64,000 nucleotides of DNA, from the IMG/VR virus record IMGVR_UViG_3300033233_000007; one strand, 5' to 3'. Origin of the DNA: a virus (Duplodnaviria; Heunggongvirae; Uroviricota; Caudoviricetes). Below are positions 44,783-53,995 of this stretch, piece after piece (within the stretch, counting starts at the first letter, position 1; each line of letters opens with the position of its first letter). Position numbers and translations under genes: made by a program. A model generated the notes under the pieces. It saw nothing but the letters and a program-made list of their open reading frames with translations. It searched no databases and was not told where the DNA came from.

Positions 44783-45916
44783 CTAAAGCCCCGCGGCTTG
44801 TTTCTGAACATGAGGACTCGAAACCATAGGCTCCATGACGAGAGCCCTCTCCGGGCAGGCTTGCCTCCTGGAGATCGTCTGCGCGGCATTGAAGTCCGCG
44901 GCCAGACGATAGCCGCAGACGGCGCACGTAAAGTGCGCCCCGCTTCGAGAAGATTTGTCCACGACGCCACACTTCGAGCACTCACGGCTCGTGTTCTTGG
45001 CGGCCACGGACACGACTTCGACACCGGCCAAAGCCGCCTTGTAACGGATCATCGTCTCAAGCTCGGAAAAGGCCCATGCGTTGATCCTCCGATTCCACGT
45101 CTTGCTGAACCGCTTGAGGCGATCCCGAATGCCCTTGAGGTCCTCCAGTTTGATGACGGCCCTCTTTTTAGTCGCCTCGTCAACGATGGCCTTGCTGATC
45201 CGATGGTTCTCGTTCCGCATCCAACGATGCTCCCTTCCCGACAGCCGTTTCAAGAGGCGCCTAGCGCTTCTTGTGCCTATGGACTGGAGCTTCGCCCTGC
45301 GGGACGCGAACCTCTCACGGACGTGCATGACCTTTCGACCGGAATGGAATTTCCCCGCGGACGTGACGGCAATGTTATAGACGCCCCTATCGACGCCGAT
45401 GGCGCAGATGGGATGCGACCGCTGGCCTGGATCGTCTTCGACGACGATATGGATGTACCACTTGCGATCTCCATAGACAAGCTTGGCGGCGGTGGGTCTC
45501 TTCCCGCGAAGATTGTCGCGCTGGTACGTTCCGAGGACGAGAGGAACGTGGACGCGGCCGTTGACCGTCGTCAGGGATACCGCCTCTTCGTTCTCACGGT
45601 AGGTGAAGATTCGCTCATCGTAATCGACGCTCGTGGGCCTGAACTTCTTGACGGTCCTGTCCTTGCGTTTCACGGCTTTGATCGCCCATGCGACGCGGGC
45701 GATGGCGCGAATGGCGAGATTAGCGGAAAGGTTGAACTGTTTGCGGATATCGTGGTAGACGAGGTGCTGAAGTTTGACCTTGTTCGAAGTTTTCTCACGG
45801 ACAGCGACCTCAAGGATGACGTCGCACGCGGCGGCAAACTTCGTGAGCGTGTCCTTGAGGGCGTCGGAGACAGTGGGGGCGGGGTCCATTTTGCAGATGA
45901 TTGTTCGCTGTTGCAT
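44783..45916 (-). CDS. tnpB: TnpB (IS1341/IS605-family OrfB), second copy, distinct from 29696..30898
   Basis: N-terminal MQQRTIICKMDPAPT and a C-terminal CSKCG...CAVCGYRLAADFNAAQTI. Confidence 0.75.
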   Translation of the reverse strand: MQQRTIICKMDPAPTVSDALKDTLTKFAAACDVILEVAVREKTSNKVKLQHLVYHDIRKQFNLSANLAIRAIARVAWAIKAVKRKDRTVKKFRPTSVDYDERIFTYRENEEAVSLTTVNGRVHVPLVLGTYQRDNLRGKRPTAAKLVYGDRKWYIHIVVEDDPGQRSHPICAIGVDRGVYNIAVTSAGKFHSGRKVMHVRERFASRRAKLQSIGTRSARRLLKRLSGREHRWMRNENHRISKAIVDEATKKRAVIKLEDLKGIRDRLKRFSKTWNRRINAWAFSELETMIRYKAALAGVEVVSVAAKNTSRECSKCGVVDKSSRSGAHFTCAVCGYRLAADFNAAQTISRRQACPERALVMEPMVSSPHVQKQAAGL

Positions 45917-46243
45917 GACGAATATAATATCACATACGTCTTGAATGTCAAGGAGGGCGACGCTTCTTCCGTTCGGGCTGAAGCCCGGCGGCATCCGCGT
46001 CGCAAGAATTGGTGAAGTTTGTCAGACTCGTTCTGAGCCCATGGGGCGTCGAACTGGCGGGCGCTCTGTGCCTTCTGGCCGCGGGCTTCGAATTCATGGG
46101 ATCGTGGGCTTCGCCAGATCAGTTCACCCGCGCTATGAACTTGGCGGGCTATGGATCGATGCTAATTCTGACCGCATACGTTGAGCGGGACCTGCTCAAA
46201 GGTGTAAACTCCCGTTCGTGCGAAACCGAAAAAGGAGAGGCAT

Positions 46244-46502
46244 GCAGCAAGTCCAAAAGCTCAAGCCCGTAAAGCCTAAGTCGCTCAAGGCCAGGTCGGC
46301 GCGCGGCATTCGCCGCATCAGCGAGTACGCGATCTGCGGCCGCTGCGGGCATCATACGTTTTTTCATGCCGCTACGGCGGGACCGTCGACGACGGCCTGC
46401 GCCGCCAACTGCGACTGCGAGCAGTTCGTTTCGGCGACAAAATTTTTCGGCCGCAATCTCGGCCGCAGTTGGGCGCGGGAGATTGTGAATAACAATGACT
46501 GA
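46244..46502 (+). CDS. hypothetical Cys-rich protein
   Basis: ORF with an AAAGGAGAGG RBS. Confidence 0.35.
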
Positions 46503-46689
46503 TGAATTCAGGTGGGTGCCGTTGCAGCCGCAATTCGACTACAGTTTTCGCGATCTTCTGCGGATAAAGGAAAAGATCATGAGCGCGCATTTCCTAGGTC
46601 CGTGCGTCTGCACAAACCCGGATCGCGGACTTTTTGATGAGTGCCCTTCGCACGATATTGGATTTGAAGCGGCGGCGCCCGATGCCTGA
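46495..46689 (+). CDS. hypothetical protein
   Basis: ORF. Confidence 0.3.
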   Translation: MTDEFRWVPLQPQFDYSFRDLLRIKEKIMSAHFLGPCVCTNPDRGLFDECPSHDIGFEAAAPDA

Positions 46690-47044
46690 GAACATGGAAG
46701 TCTTTACGTTCGGATCGAACGAAAAAGGAGTGCATGGGGCCGGTGCGGCATTCGCTGCGTACCGAGATCACGGTGCGATCTACGGACAGGGCGAGGGACT
46801 TCAAGGCCAAAGCTACGCGATCCCGACGAAAGACGGCGCCCTTGTGTCCCGCACGCTTGACAAGATTCGCGCGAGCGTCGAGACGTTCAAATCCTTCGCC
46901 GCAGCCCATCCCGAGATGACGTTCCGCGTAACGCGCATCGGTTGCGGGCTCGCTGGTTTTCGCGATACGGACATTGCGCCCATGTTCAAGGGCTCGCCGG
47001 TCAACGTGAAGTTCTTTGACGAGACGTGGGAAGCGTATCGGTGA
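46676..47044 (+). CDS. hypothetical Rossmann-like protein
   Basis: ORF with segments FTFGSNEKGVHGAGAA and IGCGLAGF. Confidence 0.35.
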   Translation, partial: RPMPENMEVFTFGSNEKGVHGAGAAFAAYRDHGAIYGQGEGLQGQSYAIPTKDGALVSRTLDKIRASVETFKSFAAAHPEMTFRVTRIGCGLAGFRDTDIAPMFKGSPVNVKFFDETWEAYR

Positions 47045-47211
47045 TGACCGACTCGTTCGAAGTGATGAAGATGAAGCTCAAGAGCCTCGAAGATCAGTGC
47101 GAGACGATGACGAAGATCATTCTGACGCAGAAGCAGAGAATTTCGGAGCTTGAGGCCGAGATCGAGAACGCTCAGCGTCGCATCGTAAAGCGATGGGTCG
47201 GAACCAACTAA
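47041..47211 (+). CDS. hypothetical coiled-coil protein
   Basis: ORF with a GTGA overlap. Confidence 0.3.
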   Translation: MMTDSFEVMKMKLKSLEDQCETMTKIILTQKQRISELEAEIENAQRRIVKRWVGTN

Positions 47212-47221
47212 TGCTCAACCC

Positions 47222-49915
47222 GTGGAGGTCGTAACCTTGAAAAGAAACGTACAAGCGACCGCCGAACTCATGATGGGCCGTGAAGCCGACAGCGGCCGTA
47301 CGTTCGCGCTGCCCGTGGATGCACTCGTGCAGACGTTCGCGTTCATGGGCATCCGCGGCTCGGGCAAGTGCGTGGAAGCTTCGGAAAAGATTTTGTTGTC
47401 CGATGGTAGAGTCGAACCTGCTCATACTTTGATCGGCCGAACTTTCTCAATCTTGGGCATTGGGGATAAAGGTGAGTTCGTACCGAGGATTGCACACGCT
47501 GCGGACAATGGCATGCGCGGCACTTATCTCGTCAGAACAAGAAGCGGGAGGGAGATTCTTAGGACGGCTGAACATCCCCTCTGGGCGGCGGAAGTTGTCA
47601 CCGAATATACTCGACCAAAGATAAAGAAGGTTGGATGGGTTGCGGTACAGAACTTGGTCGCCTGCGGATGGGGCGAGTCAAGAGATCGAAAGATGGTCCA
47701 TGCCGTTGCTGTTCCCACCTCTATTCCGATCAATGGGAATCGTCCTCGCAATGATGATGAAGTGAAGCTGGCGGCTTACTTGGTAGGAGACGGGGGCACG
47801 ACTTGCTCTGTCAGTTTTACGCATCTTCCGGGACCCGCGCTGGATGAGTTTGTGGAAATTGCGCATCGTCTTGGCGGAAAGGTTCATTGCTCCAAGTCCG
47901 CGTCAAAAGCAGTACAGCTTAGAGTCTCTGGAGCTTCGAATCTGGATGGCAGAGGGAGCAAGGGATCGAATCCAGTTCTTGAGCTTGTCAAGTCATGGGG
48001 ATTGTTTGGGGTTAAGTCCAAGCACAAGTCATTCCCGAGTTGGGTGTGGGAGTTGCCGGATCGCCAAATTGCCTTATTCTTGAACCGTCTGCTGTCTTGT
48101 GACGGGTGGGCGTTAACGACTACGCATGGCAGGTCGGATATTGGCATCTGTTCTGCATCCTATGCTTTGATCCGGGATGTTGAACTGGCCATGCTCAGAC
48201 TTGGCATTCCGGGATCGATTAACCGCAAGACCGTTAAAGGGGTGTGGAAGACGACTCCTGGTGACTACATCGCCTATACGTGGAATATTGGGAGTCGAGA
48301 GGCTCTTGCGACATTTGTCGCAAGAGTTGGAATCTTTGGCAAGGAACAACAAGTTGCGAAAGCCGTACCTCATAACGGCGGCGCTGGATGGAAGCGGACA
48401 TGGACAGCCGTTGATGACATGCCTGGAATGCGATGGGATTTCGTTGAAAGGGTCCAGTGCATTGGTGAACGCCCGACTGTTTCGATTTCTGTGCCTGGAG
48501 ATGAGCGTTTCGTAACAACCTTTCTTGAGCACAACACCACGGCCGTCGCCGTTCTTGCCGAGGAGTTCTCCAAAGCCGGTCTGCCGTGGATCATGCTCGA
48601 TCCTGTCGGCGTCGGCTGGGGCCTCCGTGCGGGCAAAGACGGAAAGTCCGGCGGCGGTTTCCCCGTCGTCGTCTTCGGCGGCTCGCACGGCGATCTGCCG
48701 CTCGACAAAGACGGTGGTCGGAAGGTTGCCGAGGCTCTGATCGAATCGAATGTCTGCGCCGTCATCGACCTGTCCAAAGAGAGCAAGAAAACGTGGCGCC
48801 GCTTCCTCACCGATTTTTGTCTCGCACTTATGGACCTGAACCCGCAGACTCCGCGGCACCTCTTTATAGAGGAAGCGGCTGAGTTTATTCCGCAACGAAC
48901 AAAGGTCGCCGTGACGGCCGAGTGCAAGGAAGCCGTGGAGCGGCTCGTGCGGCTTGGCCGAAATCAAGGCTACGGCTGCTCGATCATCACGCAGCGGCCG
49001 GCGACGGTCGACAAAGATGTACTTTCACAATGCGAAAATTTGGTCGTTATGCGTACGGTCGGCAAGCACGACCGTAGGGCTCTCATGGACTGGCTGGAAC
49101 CGAAGTTTTCGGAGCAGGGGCTTGACGAAAAGGGCGTCAGGGCCGAAGGCACGAAACTCGTCAATACCCTCGCGGCCTTCGACAGCGGGGTCGCGTACTT
49201 CTGGAGCCCGCATTGGCTGAAGCAGTTCAAGAAAGTCAGGATTCGCGACCGGGCGACGTTCCATCCGGGGCAGACACGGTCCGTCGGGAAGTCCATCGGC
49301 CCCGTGGCACTCTCTGACGTTACTGAGTTCGTGGAAAGGGTCCGTCGCCAGCTTTCGGCTTCGAAGCCGGCGAGCGTTCCGCAGAGCTATACCCCGAGAA
49401 AAATCGAATCGCTTAAGAAGGAAATCAAGTCTATCGAGACCTCGAGTGGCTCCGCCATCGTGCTCGATCCCGTCACGTCACGTCAAGCTGCTGAGGCTAT
49501 CCGAGACGTCGCCCGAGAGGCCGACGAACTTCGTCAGCGCGTTGGCGAGCTTCAGAAGCAGATCGCCGAGGAGAAGGCCCGTCGTGCCGACGCCGAGAAC
49601 CGTCTGGCCGCGGTCCGCAAGTTCATGGAACCGCAGTACGAGACGATGAAGAAGCTGTTCGAGAAGCTCGGGACTCCGGGCAGTAACGGCGCTGCCGACT
49701 CGTCGGTCTACGCGCCGTGGCTCGAAAAGGCCGGCAAGCGCGGCTCGAAGCGGCTTTTGGAGATCATGATCGCCCGCGGCGAAGTGACGCGCACGCAGCT
49801 TGCGACGCTCGCGGGCATCGCGCAGTCGGGTACGTTCCGAAACTATCTCAGTTGGCTCAAGAGCAACGGCCTCGTGGAGGTTCAGGGCGAGCAGGTTCGC
49901 CTTCGTCCCATTTAG
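47222..49915 (+). CDS. HerA/FtsK-like P-loop ATPase (possible DNA-translocating/packaging ATPase) carrying an intein; C-terminal coiled coil and winged helix
   Basis: Extein Walker A GIRGSGK|TT is reconstituted after intein removal. Walker B LFIEEAAE and HerA-like IITQRP. Confidence 0.7.
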   Translation: MEVVTLKRNVQATAELMMGREADSGRTFALPVDALVQTFAFMGIRGSGKCVEASEKILLSDGRVEPAHTLIGRTFSILGIGDKGEFVPRIAHAADNGMRGTYLVRTRSGREILRTAEHPLWAAEVVTEYTRPKIKKVGWVAVQNLVACGWGESRDRKMVHAVAVPTSIPINGNRPRNDDEVKLAAYLVGDGGTTCSVSFTHLPGPALDEFVEIAHRLGGKVHCSKSASKAVQLRVSGASNLDGRGSKGSNPVLELVKSWGLFGVKSKHKSFPSWVWELPDRQIALFLNRLLSCDGWALTTTHGRSDIGICSASYALIRDVELAMLRLGIPGSINRKTVKGVWKTTPGDYIAYTWNIGSREALATFVARVGIFGKEQQVAKAVPHNGGAGWKRTWTAVDDMPGMRWDFVERVQCIGERPTVSISVPGDERFVTTFLEHNTTAVAVLAEEFSKAGLPWIMLDPVGVGWGLRAGKDGKSGGGFPVVVFGGSHGDLPLDKDGGRKVAEALIESNVCAVIDLSKESKKTWRRFLTDFCLALMDLNPQTPRHLFIEEAAEFIPQRTKVAVTAECKEAVERLVRLGRNQGYGCSIITQRPATVDKDVLSQCENLVVMRTVGKHDRRALMDWLEPKFSEQGLDEKGVRAEGTKLVNTLAAFDSGVAYFWSPHWLKQFKKVRIRDRATFHPGQTRSVGKSIGPVALSDVTEFVERVRRQLSASKPASVPQSYTPRKIESLKKEIKSIETSSGSAIVLDPVTSRQAAEAIRDVAREADELRQRVGELQKQIAEEKARRADAENRLAAVRKFMEPQYETMKKLFEKLGTPGSNGAADSSVYAPWLEKAGKRGSKRLLEIMIARGEVTRTQLATLAGIAQSGTFRNYLSWLKSNGLVEVQGEQVRLRPI
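47369..48535 (+). other. intein (389 aa) with a LAGLIDADG homing endonuclease domain, inserted in the P-loop
   Basis: Starts at Cys after GSGK (CVEASEKILLSDG). LAGLIDADG-like blocks LAAYLVGDGG and LFLNRLLSCDGW. Ends FVTTFLEHN, followed by Thr. Confidence 0.7.
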
Positions 49916-49942
49916 GTCGGGCTCTACTTTTTGGAGAGGCAC

Positions 49943-50764
49943 ATGAAGAAGTCCGTATTTTTCGCTGTCGCCGGTCTCATCGTCTTGGTACTCATCCTCA
50001 TCGTCAGCTTCGCCAGTTGCACGACCGTGCCGGCGGGCCACGTCGGCGTTGTGACGAACTTCGGCGACGTGCAAGGGACTGTCCTGCCCGCGGGCCTGCA
50101 TGTCGTCGCGTTCTGGAAGCACGTCCAGACGCTGTCGATCAGGACTCAGGAAAAGAGCGAGACGGCCGACGTCCCGACGAAAGAGGGGCTGACCGTCCAT
50201 CTCGACGCGACGCTCCTTTTTGCGCTCAAGGCCGACAAGGCGGCGGAAATCTACCGCACCGTCGGCGAGAACTACATCGACGTCGTCGTGACGCCGCAGT
50301 TCCGGTCGGCCATGCGCGGCATCACGGTCGATTATCAGGCGCAGGACCTTTACACGGCCAATCGCGCCGAGATCGAGCAGAAGCTGCAGACGATGGTTCA
50401 CGACATGCTCGAACCCCGCGGCATCATCTGCGAAAAGGTGCTGCTGCGGTCGGTTGTGCTACCGGACCTCGTCAAGACGGCGATTGAGCAGAAGCTTGCT
50501 GCGGACCAGGACGCGCAGCGCATGGAGTACGTCGTCAAGCGCGAGGAACAGGAAGCCAAGCGCCGGGCCGTCGAAGCCGGAGGCATCGCCGCCGCGCAGA
50601 AGATCATCCAGGCGACGCTTGACGATAACTACCTGCGGTACCTGTGGCTCGAGGCGCTGAAGGTCGCGGCGGCGAACCCGTCGACCGTGATCTACGTTCC
50701 CACGGACAGTAGCGGCTTCCCCATGTTCATGCCGCTTGAGGGGAAGAGGGAGCCGAAGAAATGA
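49943..50764 (+). CDS. SPFH/band-7 (prohibitin/HflC-like) membrane protein
   Basis: N-terminal TM segment, then the SPFH segment PAGHVGVVTNFGDVQ.... Confidence 0.7.
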   Translation: MKKSVFFAVAGLIVLVLILIVSFASCTTVPAGHVGVVTNFGDVQGTVLPAGLHVVAFWKHVQTLSIRTQEKSETADVPTKEGLTVHLDATLLFALKADKAAEIYRTVGENYIDVVVTPQFRSAMRGITVDYQAQDLYTANRAEIEQKLQTMVHDMLEPRGIICEKVLLRSVVLPDLVKTAIEQKLAADQDAQRMEYVVKREEQEAKRRAVEAGGIAAAQKIIQATLDDNYLRYLWLEALKVAAANPSTVIYVPTDSSGFPMFMPLEGKREPKK

Positions 50765-50958
50765 AAAAGAAAAGACCGGAGACGCTGGCTGCCTTTAAGA
50801 AGAGGATGCTCAGGCCGGAACTCCTCGGCAAGGCCATTCTCACTTCGGCGTGTATCGCCAGCGCACGAGACGAGAGGACCGAACATCGCGTTCGCGAGCT
50901 TGAGGAGAAGGTGGACAGGATCGCATGGGCCGTGCATAAGCGAAGGCCGAAGAAGTGA
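50761..50958 (+). CDS. hypothetical basic protein
   Basis: ORF with an ATGA overlap. Confidence 0.3.
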   Translation: MKKKRPETLAAFKKRMLRPELLGKAILTSACIASARDERTEHRVRELEEKVDRIAWAVHKRRPKK

Positions 50959-51109
50959 AGCCGCATAACAAGCCCATCGCGGAAAAGTGCAAGTTATACA
51001 TCCGCAAGACCGGAACCCTCGCAGAGGCGAGGGCGCTGGCGAAAAAGGACGGATTCTCCGCCAACACGAGTGTTTGGCTTGCAGCATTTGCTGAAATGGT
51101 GGCTGAGTT

Positions 51110-51445
51110 GTGAGCATGAGTTCGCCTACGGCGTCCACGAGCACGTGGCCTTTCGAGTACCACGCGCGCACGTCGGACTGCGCGGGTACAGCCACGTCCT
51201 TTGACGCCTTCAGAGGATGGTGCTGCCTGTCGTGTCATGAGCCCACTTGCGTCCCGGCCGGTACGTCGAGCACTCGAGGCTACCACTCACGCTTTGTCGC
51301 AGGGCCGATTCAGAAGGAAGAAGAGCCGCCGCATCCGCCGCCGTGGGTCCGCGAGCACGCTACGCCGTACCGTCCGGCGCTTCACGCGATCAAGATCGTC
51401 AGGCGCCCGGAGTTCCATGCCAGGAGCAACCCGAGATGCCGTTGA
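51110..51445 (+). CDS. hypothetical Cys-rich protein
   Basis: ORF. Confidence 0.3.
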   Translation: MSMSSPTASTSTWPFEYHARTSDCAGTATSFDAFRGWCCLSCHEPTCVPAGTSSTRGYHSRFVAGPIQKEEEPPHPPPWVREHATPYRPALHAIKIVRRPEFHARSNPRCR

Positions 51446-51624
51446 AAGAGATCGGCGAGTACAGGGACTTCAGGCGCCCGAGCGTTACGACGCTTGAGCC
51501 GCCTGCGGGTCCTGCATGCCCGCGATGTGAGATGCCGACGCATCTTGATTCCGAAAAGACGTGGACGGTACACACGGCCTGGTACTGCCCGATGTGCTGT
51601 CGCTGGTGGGAGGAGACGAGTTGA
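51436..51624 (+). CDS. hypothetical zinc-ribbon protein
   Basis: ORF with CPRC...CPMCC. Confidence 0.35.
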   Translation: MPLKEIGEYRDFRRPSVTTLEPPAGPACPRCEMPTHLDSEKTWTVHTAWYCPMCCRWWEETS

Positions 51625-51725
51625 CATCCTCTCCGGACTGAATTCCGGGGATTCCCGAAGCCATATGAACGACTTCAAGATGGTTCACGCTTCTCAGGGA
51701 CGCGCCTTTGCGGACACGGGTCCGC
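51600..51725 (-). mobile_element. orphan IS605-family right end (3' tnpB fragment + hairpin + GAGGATGTCAA), roughly 85% identical to the right end of tnpB-1
   Basis: The revcomp aligns with 30780-30909, ending with hairpin CCCCGGAATTCAGTCCGGAG then GAGGATGTCAAC. No intact tnpB is attached. Confidence 0.5.
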
Positions 51726-51958
51726 TCGGGTCTTACCGTCCCTCCACGCGCCTGAATTCCGGCGTGTCCCGCCGTACCGTGGAAGTCTTGGTTATCGACG
51801 TTCCAAAACGTGGAGGTTTTACGTTCCCGCATTCGGGAACAACTCCATGCCTCATTTTCAGAGAGCGCGCCCATGCTAATTGACGCGAGCTTCGAAGTCA
51901 ACGGGAACACCGCGATTCCTCTGCTGCCTGAAGGCGGCGGTTTCCTCACGGAGGGCCG

Positions 51959-52225
51959 ATGAGCGGCGTGAAGCTTAAGCCGGAGCATTACCGACTCGGT
52001 CGCGTGCTCAACGAAGGTCTTGTCGGTCTCGATCATTGGCGTTACGGCAGAGCCCTTTGGACGCGTGTCAAGACGCGTGGTCATGCCAAGCGGTGCGTCG
52101 TGTGCGCAAAGGACTTTCCGAAGAAGACGGTGATGTACTCGCCGGCGACGTACGGGCTCAACCGCTTTCATCGAATCTGCGAGCCGTGCATGGCGAAGAT
52201 CGTTTCCGGGGAGAAGCTGAAATGA
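51959..52225 (+). CDS. hypothetical zinc-finger protein
   Basis: ORF. Confidence 0.35.
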   Translation: MSGVKLKPEHYRLGRVLNEGLVGLDHWRYGRALWTRVKTRGHAKRCVVCAKDFPKKTVMYSPATYGLNRFHRICEPCMAKIVSGEKLK

Positions 52226-52542
52226 CCTGCCCCGAAGTCATGAACGCCGTAAGGGCGGCGGTCGCCCAAGACGAAGTCCATCTGTCGGAGCACGTCGTCG
52301 CTCATTTCGAAAACTGTGAGGCCTGCCGCATGGCCGTTGAAGAAACGATCGCCGACGAGACGGCCAACGTCAATCAGGCCAGACGCGCCCTCGACGAGGC
52401 CATGCCGGCGATCCACCAAGCCATCGATCACATCGCTCACGGCGTCATCGAGGGTACGGCGGTCGTGGAGGATCGCGACGAGGCCGTGAAGAACGCGAAG
52501 GCGTGGTTTGAGAAGAGGCGAGAAGAAAAGGGGGACCGATGA
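52222..52542 (+). CDS. hypothetical protein with a ZAS-type HxxxCxxC motif (anti-sigma-like)
   Basis: Motif HFENCEACR. ATGA coupling with the upstream ORF. Confidence 0.35.
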   Translation: MTCPEVMNAVRAAVAQDEVHLSEHVVAHFENCEACRMAVEETIADETANVNQARRALDEAMPAIHQAIDHIAHGVIEGTAVVEDRDEAVKNAKAWFEKRREEKGDR

Positions 52543-52766
52543 AGCGTTTGTGGATCATCATTCTCGTTCCCGCGGCTGTCCTGTCGCTGTCGAGTTGTGA
52601 CAGCGGTCAGGCGCCGCCGGCAAGCATACAGCCCGGATGGACGGACCTTGGGGCGCCTATAGGCGACGTCTGTAAGTGCGTTGACAAGGAAAATGGCGTC
52701 ACGGTGTATATTTTCAAAACCGGTTACGCCGGCGGAATAGCTGTCGTCCCAAAGGAGAAGCCGTGA
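52539..52766 (+). CDS. putative lipoprotein
   Basis: Signal peptide with lipobox LSSC. Confidence 0.4.
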   Translation: MKRLWIIILVPAAVLSLSSCDSGQAPPASIQPGWTDLGAPIGDVCKCVDKENGVTVYIFKTGYAGGIAVVPKEKP

Positions 52767-53155
52767 ACACCTGCTCCGCTTGCGGGCAACCCGTCAAACC
52801 CGCGATAACGTTTCCGCACGCGCTCTGCAACGCGCATCCGAATGATCCCAAGGACCTACCGTGCAAAATGTGTCGGCAATTGAGGAAGGCATGGAAGTGC
52901 GGCCGCGATGAGATGCGTTCCGACGTAGTGGCGGCTCTGCGCGAGTATGACCCTCGATTCAAGATTTCCCTTGCACAACGGGAAACGGTAAATGACATTA
53001 TCGATCAGATCGCGCGGATGGCTTCTCCTGCAATTGCGGCCAACTGCGAGAGATGCGGGCACCCTGGCGATCTGCACCGTCGTGACGAAATTTGTGGCTT
53101 TTCGCTTGGAAAACTTAACGGCGTGCCCACAGTCTGCGGTTGTGAGGGTATGTAG
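52763..53155 (+). CDS. hypothetical Cys-rich protein
   Basis: ORF. Confidence 0.35.
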   Translation: MNTCSACGQPVKPAITFPHALCNAHPNDPKDLPCKMCRQLRKAWKCGRDEMRSDVVAALREYDPRFKISLAQRETVNDIIDQIARMASPAIAANCERCGHPGDLHRRDEICGFSLGKLNGVPTVCGCEGM

Positions 53156-53509
53156 ATGAACGACGAAGACCTTCAAAACGCCGGCGACTGCGGGCTCTTC
53201 GACGAACCCGGTCCGCGGCAGGAGACGCCTAAGGACATCTTAAACAGGTTGGAAGCCAGCAGCTACTGCCACAACGATGGAATTCACTTCTTCGAAGAGT
53301 GCCCGGCCTGCGGCTTTCTGACGTGGTGCCGCACCGAGCAGTCACTCGCTCCCGAGGGCCGCATTCAGCCGCACGATCCGTACTCATCGGTCTCCGCCTT
53401 GTGTCGTCGTTGCTCGGAGATCGCCTACCGCTTTCCCGACGTCTTCGGCTGGGTCACAAAAGTTGTGCGCTGGCATGAGTACAAAAGCTTCCGGCGGGAC
53501 AAGCCGTGA
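53156..53509 (+). CDS. hypothetical Cys-rich protein
   Basis: ORF. Confidence 0.35.
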   Translation: MNDEDLQNAGDCGLFDEPGPRQETPKDILNRLEASSYCHNDGIHFFEECPACGFLTWCRTEQSLAPEGRIQPHDPYSSVSALCRRCSEIAYRFPDVFGWVTKVVRWHEYKSFRRDKP

Positions 53510-53515
53510 AAACGC

Positions 53516-53543
53516 TTGACAACGCTGTACGTCTTACTATAAT
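53516..53543 (+). promoter_or_regulatory. consensus sigma70 promoter TTGACA-N16-TATAAT
   Basis: Direct reading, 6 nt upstream of the ATG at 53550. Confidence 0.6.
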
Positions 53544-53549
53544 GTCCGC

Positions 53550-53723
53550 ATGATAAAGCAGGCCCAGAAGCGGATGGTCACGTACAGGATCGCCGACAAG
53601 CTTTGCGATTTTCTGATCCGCATTTGTGATGCGGTCGAACGCGATTCGGGCATCCGGCCCACGAAGACCCAAGTCGTGGAGTTGGCGATCCGTGACCTGG
53701 CCAAGAAGAAAAAGATCAATTAG
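53550..53723 (+). CDS. ribbon-helix-helix (CopG/Arc-like) regulator, 57 aa (not in the ORF track)
   Basis: Protein MIKQAQKRMVTYRIADKLCDFL...PTKTQVVELAIRDLAKKKKIN. Confidence 0.5.
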   Translation: MIKQAQKRMVTYRIADKLCDFLIRICDAVERDSGIRPTKTQVVELAIRDLAKKKKIN

Positions 53724-53734
53724 GAGGAGGCGTC

Positions 53735-53995
53735 GTGACGAAGAAACGTGAAACGGCCTCGTCGCCCGATGATTTCCTGACCGTTCTCTGGCGCGAGCTT
53801 CGGGACGACGTGCGGCCGCATAGAAAGAACTACGTCCTCGGCGCCCTCGACGCCATGAACGAGTTCGGCGTCATCGACGATACACGCCTCGAACTCTGGC
53901 AGAGACGAATCGAGACGTGCCCCGGTCATGACGACGAAGGCGGTCGCGCTTGGTGCGCGTACTGCGGACCCATGCAACAGGCGAAGGAAGGTTAG
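53735..53995 (+). CDS. hypothetical protein
   Basis: ORF with a GTG start and a GGAGGAGG RBS. Confidence 0.4.
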   Translation: MTKKRETASSPDDFLTVLWRELRDDVRPHRKNYVLGALDAMNEFGVIDDTRLELWQRRIETCPGHDDEGGRAWCAYCGPMQQAKEG

